The position numbers and the translations under genes are program-made. Shown here piece by piece: positions 25,801 to 32,000 of a stretch of 32,000 bases of DNA (the stretch's first letter is position 1; the number at the start of each line of letters is the position of its first letter). The stretch covers positions 9,898 to 41,897 of the forward strand of contig DATMOD010000055.1 in assembly GCA_035568355.1 (NCBI GenBank), read 5' to 3'. The DNA is from Patescibacteria group bacterium. Lineage in GTDB: Bacteria; Patescibacteriota; Saccharimonadia; Saccharimonadales; EFPC-124. Below the pieces are notes generated by a model. That model was given only the letters and a program-made list of their open reading frames with translations, did no database searches and was not told the DNA's origin.

Positions 25801-26165
25801 TCTTTGGTTTGCTGCGAGGCTGATTCTTGGGGCATCCTATCCGCTACAACTGACGCTTCTTTAACTCGATTGGTGGCAGCATTAAAGTTGGCATCGGTTT
25901 TAGCATTTTGACCTATAGCTAACGCTATACCTACTTGCTCGGCCGCACGTTTAACAGGATAAGCAAAATCTTCAGGTGCCTTGGCTTGAGCTGCCATAGC
26001 GCCTAGCGATAGAACTAGCACCCCTATACCGCCGGCAAGATACCATTTATAACGATGTAACCAAGCTCGCCATTTCGGCTTCGACTTTGCTTTTGTGCCC
26101 TCAACATGTATTTGTTTTTTGTGAGACTTACGGTGCTTTGGCCAAAGCTTTTTGATTGCAGACAT
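22893..26165 (-). CDS. Giant membrane-anchored fibrous protein: basic N-tail, TM helix, globular region, ~560-aa Q/N/S/T/A-rich helical low-complexity region, Pro/Thr-rich C-terminal tail
   Basis: The 1090-aa ORF starts with a basic tail, MSAIKKLWPKHRKSHKK. The TM helix is WYLAGGIGVLVLSLGAMAAQA. PEDFAYPVKRAAEQVGIALA resembles the DUF5667-type module (from memory). From about aa 480 to 1040 the sequence is degenerate LxxQ/AQ-rich with very few charged or aromatic residues and no Cys. The tail is SVPAASTPSATPAATTAPVTTITAPVTNSVPTTTPATTPSTTVTTPGL. Confidence 0.8.
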   Translation of the reverse strand: MSAIKKLWPKHRKSHKKQIHVEGTKAKSKPKWRAWLHRYKWYLAGGIGVLVLSLGAMAAQAKAPEDFAYPVKRAAEQVGIALAIGQNAKTDANFNAATNRVKEASVVADRMPQESASQQTKDAQNIQNLLGEFNQTFNDQISSFSHLIDQGIKPPQDKSKWAETGMVNTYMTLEKLRLNAPPEAQASVLQAINTVQSSLATVQDALGKSPVSPTDVTQLTKLVSQGFLTHDELTNLFTKATSNRQLLTTVRGLAESGQVPSSAIYAINYDLVTELAPKDAPRFTASVEFDELRKVAIFAKMIIPTAQQKQMIKDYLTSYKFGQLLPRDASRSYIMPLVYGLNITPNLADDLSKLDPNSLSPVRKILYDAWKPLTAGQTATTDAKQLFGQVLQLTSAVTGNYDLMQRVQLEILNSVRSGMSYLALPPGWTSSQVTATQGDFQQQAKDLKSFATVEAIANTATATLAQITTPLIAPLATQSVDSIRADVAKQMATIQQQLITATSTPTTPQAIVPDLTKELANVQQTFNSKLAALGNTNDATTAQVAALKDALKQSLSSATDAQNKLGQYVIANNALQQTLQQSVASAQAAQTQTLATIQSSLGAVNSAQQGATSQLSSLSSSLDSIQQTTNQNITSLQNQLASAGSATASTQGQLEQALVAQANQIAGLQAKLSLSATTYAALKTDTTNAVNQVTSNQTAAVSAMQKQLNDVSALHSQLNDATNQQVNGIKTAQAQLLSNLNDQINDKQVLKDQMQASINVLQAAQDKADSKMQNLAVGSVSLTQQLKDVQAILDQAGQQIKSNIADTKTARSELQQSIDAIHSAQITAQTQMNDGIAALSTQVRQAIGELNAGQSQIKLDLAALGGSVGQVKNAITDIQNVQLGTQIQLNAQAQATVDLRNQLAQPIAVLQKAQSDTKTQVDGLSADVNQLKTSVSAINQTQVTAQAQISHLIDASVNWSSIPSTLQFNQDQFRQYEQQLSDEFVAKAAAIQQQFNAYKQQLDGNIQQLKGDVNAQLQQLKDTQTQLETQLKQTQDQLKQVQSVPAASTPSATPAATTAPVTTITAPVTNSVPTTTPATTPSTTVTTPGL

Positions 26166-26299
26166 TCCACCCCTTAACCTTACTTTACAGCATAAAATAC
26201 TAAGTTCAGGTTAACCTATTTGCTTATATAAAGTAAATAGTGATTATGCTTAGCCGTAAAGGCCTCGACATTAACCTATGAATTTAATAGACTCTTGAT

Positions 26300-26620
26300 A
26301 TGATTACTCATAAAATGCTTGAAGATTACATATTGGAAATGCCCAATTCCAAACTAGATTATCCATTCGGAGAGGGGACAGCAGTCTACAAAGTAGGCGA
26401 TAAGATGTTTGCACTGATAAGCGAAAAATCAAACCCCGTGCATCTAAGCCTGAAATGTGACCCGCAACTAGCTGATTTGTTGAGAGATAAATACGAAACG
26501 GTATTGCCAGGCTATCATCTTAATAAAAAACATTGGAACACAATTATTTGCAGTGGCCAATTAGACGATCAAACGATAAAAGATTTAATTCTACACTCCT
26601 ACAACTTGGTCATAAACTAA
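26300..26620 (+). CDS. MmcQ/YjbR family DNA-binding protein
   Basis: YPFGEGTAVYKVGDKMFALI...LKCDPQLADLLRDKYETVLPGYHLNKKHWNTI matches the YjbR/MmcQ pattern. Confidence 0.75.
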   Translation: MITHKMLEDYILEMPNSKLDYPFGEGTAVYKVGDKMFALISEKSNPVHLSLKCDPQLADLLRDKYETVLPGYHLNKKHWNTIICSGQLDDQTIKDLILHSYNLVIN

Positions 26621-27200
26621 GGTTAGATAGCTGTGTCTGTAACGACTGAAGTGTTGTCAGTGCATTATCAAGCTTTTGCTGCCCATTCTTTGTGCTAGCC
26701 TTGTCTCTAGCAATTTGAATAGTCTCAATAACATGCACTACTTTGTTGAGCAATAAAGTGCGGTAGACTGTATCGTAACGGCCAGCTAATGACGCCTCTT
26801 TTAGTTTTGCATCACTGGTTGTGTCGGTCGCAGCTATAACTATGTCGCTTGTTAGGTCGGTTAGACCAAAATCTTCACTAAGCAAGCCGTGTAATTTGGA
26901 TGAGACGCTTAAAGTTAATATTTGTACATCGGAATTTATTTTTTTGAGATCGTTATTCTGAATATTGGATTGTTGACTAGTAGCAAAAGTATATAGGCTG
27001 TCTTGCTCGGCTACTAGTTTCATAAAGTCGTTTTTTGGTCCACTAGTAACTGCATTCTGGATCATTAAAGCTGCAATAAGCAACACTATTACGCCTAAAA
27101 CAATCAAGATTATTTTAGGCAGTTGACTTTTCTTCTCTGATACGTGGCTGTTGTAGGTGCCATAACTAAGATTGCTGGGGCTTTGTTCTGTCGGTGCCAT
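26610..27200 (-). CDS. Single-pass membrane-anchored hypothetical protein
   Basis: A 196-aa ORF with TM helix LPKIILIVLGVIVLLIAALMI and a predicted helical ectodomain. No motif recognised. It overlaps the convergent mmcQ-like 3' end by 11 nt. Confidence 0.55.
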   Translation of the reverse strand: MAPTEQSPSNLSYGTYNSHVSEKKSQLPKIILIVLGVIVLLIAALMIQNAVTSGPKNDFMKLVAEQDSLYTFATSQQSNIQNNDLKKINSDVQILTLSVSSKLHGLLSEDFGLTDLTSDIVIAATDTTSDAKLKEASLAGRYDTVYRTLLLNKVVHVIETIQIARDKASTKNGQQKLDNALTTLQSLQTQLSNLSL

Positions 27201-27206
27201 AAGCTT

Positions 27207-27215
27207 ATTTAATCA
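27207..27215 (-). promoter_or_regulatory. Extended -10 (TGaTTAAAT) 6 nt upstream of ATG 27200
   Basis: The minus strand reads gTGaTTAAATaagcttATG, with no SD. Confidence 0.4.
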
Positions 27216-27254
27216 CACTGGGCTTACTTAAGGCTACATTCTGGCCCATTGTCA

Positions 27255-27375
27255 GCTGAGACGCCTGGCCATGCACTTTTTAATAACCACGAGCTGTCTA
27301 CCCTTGATCTGATAATTAAGATCGGTGTTTCGTTAAAGAGAGGTTATTAAAAAGTGCATGGCCAGGCGTCTCAGC
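27255..27375. repeat. Long hairpin element, copy 1 (121 nt): perfect 34-bp outer stem, conserved asymmetric internal loop, variable apical hairpin
   Basis: GCTGAGACGCCTGGCCATGCACTTTTTAATAACC (27255-27288) is the exact reverse complement of 27342-27375. The core ATGCAyTTTTTnATAACCACGAGCTGTCTACC ... TGTTTCGTTAAAGAGnGGTTATnwAAAArTGCAT is shared with 31861-31971. Confidence 0.85.
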
Positions 27376-27412
27376 TCTATGTAATCCCACTGATGTACAA
27401 TAGAGGTCAAAT

Positions 27413-29167
27413 ATGGATGCAAAAGAAGAGATCAGATCTAGGTTAAACATCGAGGACGTAATCGGTGACTACGTGCAGCTTAAACGAGCTGGTCGTAATT
27501 TTAAAGGTCTGTCGCCATTCAGTGGTGAGAAAACACCCAGTTTTGTAGTCAGCCCAGATAAACATATCTGGCATGACTTTAGTAGCAACAAGGGTGGTGA
27601 TGTTTTTAGCTTTATTATGGAAGTAGAAGGCCTGGATTTTCGTGGCACATTGGAGCTGCTGGCTCGCAAAGCTGGTGTAGACCTTAGTCTTTATCAGGCA
27701 CAGGGCGACAAGGGCCTAAGCCAAAAAAAAGAACGTCTTTATCAGGCCTTGGCCTTGGCGGTTAAATTTTATCAGCAAAATCTAGTGGCTAACCAGGCGG
27801 CTCTGCAATACGTGTTTGCCAAGCGTCAGTTCAGTAAAGAGATCGTGCAAAGATTTGGCATAGGCTATGCGCCAAACTTGTCCAGCGGGCTAACCGACAT
27901 TCTGATCAAACGTTGTTTTACGTCCGAAGAGCTGCATGGTGCGGGACTTAGCGTTGAGCGCAGGGGAAAACTTGGTGACATGTTTCGTGGCCGAATGGTA
28001 GTGCCGCTGTGTGATGCTCAAGGCAGGGTAGTGGGTTTTACAGCTCGTTTGATAGACGATCAGCCTGGCGCCCCAAAATATATTAATACTCCTCAGACTT
28101 TGATTTATGACAAAGGTCGCCAGGTTTTTGGCTTGCATATGGCTAAAGAGGCCATCAGACGTAACAACTATGCAGTGGTCATGGAGGGTAATCTTGATGT
28201 AGTAGCTAGCCATCAAGCTGGTGAAACAGCAGCCGTAGCAACAGCCGGAACATCTATAACTGAGTGGCATTTACGTAGCTTAAGCCGACTAACCAATGAT
28301 ATTCGCCTTTGCTTTGATGTTGATCGGGCCGGCATAGCTGCTACCGAGCGAGCAATTGGCATGTCTAGCCAAGCCGGCATACAACTGCAGATTATCAAGT
28401 TACCAGAAGGATACAAAGATCCGGATGAACTTATACGACAAGATCCAACCGAATGGCAGAGAGTAGTGCAACGGCCTCAAGACGCCATGGAATGGCTGCT
28501 CGATTACTACTCGGCGCAATACGATCTTAGTAAAGCAGAGGGCAAACGTCAGGTGACCTCTAAGGCGCTAGATATTGTGGGCCAACTTGTAGACCCGGTG
28601 GCTAAAGAGCACTATGTGCAGATGGTAGCCCTGAGAACTGGCGCCTCGGTGTCGGCTATTGGCACAAAATTACAGCAAATGACTGAGCCGCTTGATCTTG
28701 TTAAGATCAAGCCCAGTAAAGCCCAGATTACACAAACTCCCAAGCTGCATCTTTATCAAGATCATCTTTTAGCTCTGGCTTGGGTGTATCCACAATTGCG
28801 TGACAGCTTGTTAAAGCTCGAGTTTAATGATTTTGAAGGCACTACCCGACAGGCTGTGTACGGGCTCATTCATAAGCTCGACACACGGCAGCTTGAAGCC
28901 AATCAGGTAGATGGGTTGCAATCTGACAGACTTCGTGTCAAAATTAAGGAGTTAGAGCTCATTGTGGAGCAAAGGTACGCTACTTTAGACGATAGTCTTT
29001 ACTTTGTAGCAGCAGAATTATCAAAACGAGTGCTGGTAGACAAAAAGACAAAACAGAAAGACGAATTGGCTCGAGAGCTTAGTGATATGCAAGATCCAAT
29101 CCAAAGAAAAACAAAAAACAAGGCCTATAAAAAACTTATTCAAGAGATAGAGAGCTTAAAACATTAA
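27413..29167 (+). CDS. dnaG: DNA primase
   Basis: The N-terminal zinc-ribbon-homologous region contains EKTPSF. Toprim motifs are VVMEGNLDVVASHQAG (EGxxD) and LCFDVDRAGIAA (DxD). A helical domain forms the C-terminus. The gene lies directly upstream of rpoD, the classical dnaG-rpoD arrangement. Confidence 0.9.
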   Translation: MDAKEEIRSRLNIEDVIGDYVQLKRAGRNFKGLSPFSGEKTPSFVVSPDKHIWHDFSSNKGGDVFSFIMEVEGLDFRGTLELLARKAGVDLSLYQAQGDKGLSQKKERLYQALALAVKFYQQNLVANQAALQYVFAKRQFSKEIVQRFGIGYAPNLSSGLTDILIKRCFTSEELHGAGLSVERRGKLGDMFRGRMVVPLCDAQGRVVGFTARLIDDQPGAPKYINTPQTLIYDKGRQVFGLHMAKEAIRRNNYAVVMEGNLDVVASHQAGETAAVATAGTSITEWHLRSLSRLTNDIRLCFDVDRAGIAATERAIGMSSQAGIQLQIIKLPEGYKDPDELIRQDPTEWQRVVQRPQDAMEWLLDYYSAQYDLSKAEGKRQVTSKALDIVGQLVDPVAKEHYVQMVALRTGASVSAIGTKLQQMTEPLDLVKIKPSKAQITQTPKLHLYQDHLLALAWVYPQLRDSLLKLEFNDFEGTTRQAVYGLIHKLDTRQLEANQVDGLQSDRLRVKIKELELIVEQRYATLDDSLYFVAAELSKRVLVDKKTKQKDELARELSDMQDPIQRKTKNKAYKKLIQEIESLKH

Positions 29168-29170
29168 AGA

Positions 29171-30217
29171 GTGATTATGCCAAGAAAAAAGAAAGAATTT
29201 ATAGCACTTACCGATGGTGACCAAGACGAATCGGTGTTTTCTGAGGATGACAAAGCAGCAGCCCAGATTATTCCTGGCGTGCATGACGACGACGATCCAT
29301 TAGCCCAAGAACCAGTGCCAGACGAACTGGAAGAAGAGTGGCAAGAAGACGAAGATCTGACTACCAATCCATCTTATCTTGACGATATCTCAGATGACTC
29401 GGTGCGATTGTATTTGCGCGAGATTGGCAAGATACCACTGCTCACACCGACTGAAGAGTTGGCTTTGGCTCACAGAGTGCGGGATGGTGACAAAGTTGCC
29501 AAAGATAAAATGGCTGAAGCTAACATGCGTTTGGTAGTATCGATTGCTAAACGTTATAGTGGCCGTGGTTTAGACTTCTTGGATCTTATCCAAGAAGGTA
29601 ATACTGGTCTATTAAGGGCAGTAGAGAAGTTTGACCCTGATAAGGGTTTCAAATTCAGTACTTATGCCACTTGGTGGATTCGCCAGGCGATTACTCGGGC
29701 TATTGCCGATCAGGCACGGACCATTCGTATTCCTGTGCACATGGTAGAGACTATCAACAAGCTTTTGCGTACTCAACGGCGGCTGACCCAAGAGTTAAAT
29801 CGTGAGCCAACCAACGAAGAGATCGCTGCCGCCATGGAGATGGAAGTCGACAAGGTTGAATACGTGATGAAGATCAAACAAGACATCACCAGCCTTGATG
29901 CCAGCGTCCGTGACGACGACGACGATTCTGTTCTAGCTGACTTTATAGAAGACGATCAAACTATCGGTCCAGAAGATGCTGCTACGACTCAGCTACTAAA
30001 AGAGCAAGTCCAAGACATGCTTAATGTTTTGACTGATCGTGAACAAAAGATTGTAAAAATGCGTTTTGGTTTAGAAGACGGCAAAAGTCACACGCTAGAA
30101 GAAGTTGGCCAAGAGTTCAGCGTAACTCGTGAGCGTATTAGGCAGATTGAGGCTAAGGCCCTAAGCAAGCTCCGCAAGCATAAGGATGCTAAGAAGCTCT
30201 ACGATTACTTGCAATAG
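29171..30217 (+). CDS. rpoD: Primary RNA polymerase sigma factor (sigma70/RpoD)
   Basis: Acidic N-terminus. Region 1.2 is [16 protein letters not shown]. Region 2 is [54 protein letters not shown]. Region 4.2 is [28 protein letters not shown]. The start is GTG 29171 or ATG 29177. Confidence 0.92.
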   Translation: MIMPRKKKEFIALTDGDQDESVFSEDDKAAAQIIPGVHDDDDPLAQEPVPDELEEEWQEDEDLTTNPSYLDDISDDSVRLYLREIGKIPLLTPTEELALAHRVRDGDKVAKDKMAEANMRLVVSIAKRYSGRGLDFLDLIQEGNTGLLRAVEKFDPDKGFKFSTYATWWIRQAITRAIADQARTIRIPVHMVETINKLLRTQRRLTQELNREPTNEEIAAAMEMEVDKVEYVMKIKQDITSLDASVRDDDDDSVLADFIEDDQTIGPEDAATTQLLKEQVQDMLNVLTDREQKIVKMRFGLEDGKSHTLEEVGQEFSVTRERIRQIEAKALSKLRKHKDAKKLYDYLQ

Positions 30218-30287
30218 TGCACATTTCGCGCTGGCATCTTCTAGCCCATTCAAGTGCAAGATGCACAAATAGAGACTAGAGATAACA

Positions 30288-30320
30288 AAAAACTCGGTCA
30301 GGCATGATGACCGAGTTTTT
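30288..30320. terminator. Bidirectional Rho-independent terminator between the convergent rpoD and anti-sigma-like genes
   Basis: A 13-bp stem AAAAACTCGGTCA / TGACCGAGTTTTT with the 7-nt loop GGCATGA. An A-run sits on one side and a T-run on the other. Confidence 0.75.
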
Positions 30321-30329
30321 GTTACTGTT

Positions 30330-31166
30330 TTACTGCTTGGTATTAGGAGCGGAAAGCTCTTGGCCACAGGTCACTTTGCCGTCATTAGCGGTTTGGCAGT
30401 TGGGAGTGCCGCCATCGCCAGTGCAAGTAACATGACCATTGATGTCATTACAGCTAGAACTTTTTGGCTGGAGGCCTTTAGCGTCTGGTTCTGGGCTACC
30501 AACTGTCATTTGACCGGCATCGTGAGAGGAGGTTGCCTTCATCATGCCGTGCTGTTGATTATTTTTGGCGTCAAAGATCAGCACGAGGGAAGGCATACCG
30601 TCTTTGTCTACGCCAATGATGTGCTTAGCCCCCTGGGCGTCAGTGTAGCGGAGGTATTTTAGGCTAGTAGGATCGAGCGTTTGCGGGCCAGCCGTGCCAG
30701 CATTTGGACCATGCATCCAGACTATGTCTGCCTGAGGTGTAGATTGCTTAAACTGGGCGTAGGTTAGAACTGTCAAATCTTTAGCATTTTTGGCAGCCTC
30801 CAGCTCAGCCTTGGAATCGCCTTTAACCCGCAGGTCTAATGCTTTCTGATCAGAAACTGATAGCTGAGCTACCTTATTGAGGCCATGTTGAGTAAGCTCA
30901 GCTGCTGATGCCGGCTTGAGGCCAGTCAAAGAAACTATAGCCACGAATGCCATGGCTGTGAATGCCAGGCCTAAGCCAGACACCACAAATTTTGGTTTAG
31001 TCATAATATTACTCCATCTTTTTTTAGTTATTGGGTGCACAGGACGTGAAGCGGCGAGTAATGCTCGTCGTAATTGCACATGGTGCTGCTTCATGTCGAC
31101 GGTTGGTACCGTCAACTCTTGAAGCGTTATTGGTTGAGTCGTGTCACTCGTACTTTTCTTGTCCAT
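30330..31166 (-). CDS. Single-pass membrane protein, putative anti-sigma factor partner of the upstream ECF sigma
   Basis: The start lies 4 nt after the ECF sigma stop. An ~55-aa cytoplasmic N-region is followed by the TM helix FVVSGLGLAFTAMAFVAIVSL. The ectodomain ends in a Cys-rich tail, CNDINGHVTCTGDGGTPNCQTANDGKVTC. The assignment rests on position and topology only. Confidence 0.5.
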   Translation of the reverse strand: MDKKSTSDTTQPITLQELTVPTVDMKQHHVQLRRALLAASRPVHPITKKRWSNIMTKPKFVVSGLGLAFTAMAFVAIVSLTGLKPASAAELTQHGLNKVAQLSVSDQKALDLRVKGDSKAELEAAKNAKDLTVLTYAQFKQSTPQADIVWMHGPNAGTAGPQTLDPTSLKYLRYTDAQGAKHIIGVDKDGMPSLVLIFDAKNNQQHGMMKATSSHDAGQMTVGSPEPDAKGLQPKSSSCNDINGHVTCTGDGGTPNCQTANDGKVTCGQELSAPNTKQ

Positions 31167-31170
31167 ACCC

Positions 31171-31752
31171 TTATAACGTCTTTCTATTTAAAAAGTTGCG
31201 TTGCAGTTTGGTAGTCCCGCGTGCCAACAAAGATTTAACAGTGTTTTCTTTTTTGCCGATAATGTCAGCTATATCTTTTATAGGTTTTTTCTCAAAGAAT
31301 CTTAGAGTCAGCACCTCTTGGTATTTTATTGGCAGCTCTTTAAGTAAGGCTTGCACTAGTACAAAATCTGCATGTCTGTCGAGTTCGTCTTCTAATTTTA
31401 GTTGATCTTTTTCAAGATCTTGCGAGCTGGGTAATTCAAACCCTGTTTCTTCAAATAATTCGTCAAGTGATGAAGGTGCGTGTTTATTCTGCCTAAAATG
31501 TGTGTTCACCTCATTACTAGCAATCCTGTATAACCAGGCTCCAAAGGGAAGGCCCCGCCATTCAAACTCTGGTAGTCCCCGCCAAGCTTTAAAGAAAACT
31601 ATTGATGTTATATCCTGTGCGGACGATAAATCGCCAACTCGGCGTAAGACATAATTACTGATTTTTGAATAATACATATCAAACACCGCACTAAAAGCCT
31701 GGGCATCGGTTTTTGCTTGCTCAACGAGTTTTTGTTCTTCTTCTAGACCCAT
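31171..31752 (-). CDS. ECF-type RNA polymerase sigma factor (sigma70 family, regions 2 and 4)
   Basis: Region 2 is FSAVFDMYYSKISNYVLRRVGDLSSAQDITSIVFFKAW. Region 4 is YQEVLTLRFFEKKPIKDIADIIGKKENTVKSLLARG. Confidence 0.85.
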   Translation of the reverse strand: MGLEEEQKLVEQAKTDAQAFSAVFDMYYSKISNYVLRRVGDLSSAQDITSIVFFKAWRGLPEFEWRGLPFGAWLYRIASNEVNTHFRQNKHAPSSLDELFEETGFELPSSQDLEKDQLKLEDELDRHADFVLVQALLKELPIKYQEVLTLRFFEKKPIKDIADIIGKKENTVKSLLARGTTKLQRNFLNRKTL

Positions 31753-31860
31753 CTTACCCCAATAGCGAGTTCATTACTGATATAATCATCGTTTTTATAA
31801 CGCCTGAATGGGCAATAAGTTGCATTTTTTATGTCCTGACAAGACTGGTTGGCTCTGGGG

Positions 31861-31971
31861 CCTAACCCATATGCATTTTTTCATAACCACGAGCTGTCTA
31901 CCACTTAATGTAATACTTAAAGACTAATGTTTCGTTAAAGAGTGGTTATGTAAAAATGCATATGGGTTAGG
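31861..31971. repeat. Long hairpin element, copy 2 (111 nt)
   Basis: CCTAACCCATATGCATTTTTTCATAACCA (31861-31889) pairs with TGGTTATGTAAAAATGCATATGGGTTAGG (31943-31971) at 28 of 29 positions. The conserved core is the same as in copy 1. The outermost stem and the apical region differ. Confidence 0.85.
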
Positions 31972-32000
31972 AACTGGGTTGAGTGAGGAGAAATTATAAC

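Noticed and set aside
27255-27375. Interpretation of the hairpin elements as a classical MITE, an integron attC site, a CRISPR repeat, a retron ncRNA or a small self-cleaving ribozyme.
   Set aside because: For a MITE, the termini should be the conserved part and be flanked by direct target duplications. Here the outermost arms differ between copies and the flanks are inverted. For attC, the R''/R' cores (RYYYAAC/GTTRRRY) are not at the element ends. There is no array of direct repeats and no cas genes. No reverse transcriptase is nearby. I could not fit hammerhead (CUGANGA…GAAA), twister or HDV-like cores on either strand. None of these was checked computationally.

Overview
This 32 kb window reads as a chromosomal segment from a small-genome, Patescibacteria/CPR-like bacterium, most like Saccharibacteria/TM7. 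That assignment is an inference from gene families and protein architectures. The genetic code is standard: conserved genes end at TGA or TAA at normal lengths. I call about 34 protein genes, one tRNA-Asn(GUU) with its own promoter and terminator, and several repeat or hairpin elements.

Gene content by function:
- Housekeeping: argS, orn, dnaG-rpoD, nadD, tsaC.
- dTDP-rhamnose genes, dispersed: rfbB, rfbC, rfbD.
- Flavinylation trio: FMN-binding protein, ApbE, and an NqrB/RnfD-like protein fused to an FNR-type reductase.
- Glycan-synthase neighbourhood: a very large STAS/CHASE/PAS histidine kinase, a ManC-like guanylyltransferase, two tiny coupled ORFs, a processive GT2 with a T2SSE_N/MshEN-like N-terminal domain, and a CheY-like receiver.
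- A 1090-aa membrane-anchored fibrous protein rich in Q/N/S/T/A.
- An ECF sigma factor with a putative anti-sigma partner.
- A 3'-truncated phosphoesterase gene at the left edge, missing from the ORF track.

Observations most worth follow-up:
1. An ~81-85 bp palindromic repeat family has one copy inserted exactly in frame (27 codons) in argS, one intergenic copy and one degenerate copy. This resembles Rickettsia palindromic elements.
2. Two copies of a ~111-121 nt hairpin element share a conserved asymmetric core, but their outer stems differ in sequence while staying complementary. Each copy lies just upstream of a sigma-factor operon.
3. In DnaG, all four zinc-ribbon ligands are substituted.
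4. About ten operon-first genes have a -10-like hexamer 6-7 nt upstream of the start codon, which suggests leaderless mRNAs. Operon-internal genes carry AGGAGG-type SD sites instead.
5. The ApbE ORF has no signal peptide and is in frame with the upstream exported FMN-binding ORF, separated only by TAA-CCC.

All functional calls rest on motif recognition by eye. No database search was run.
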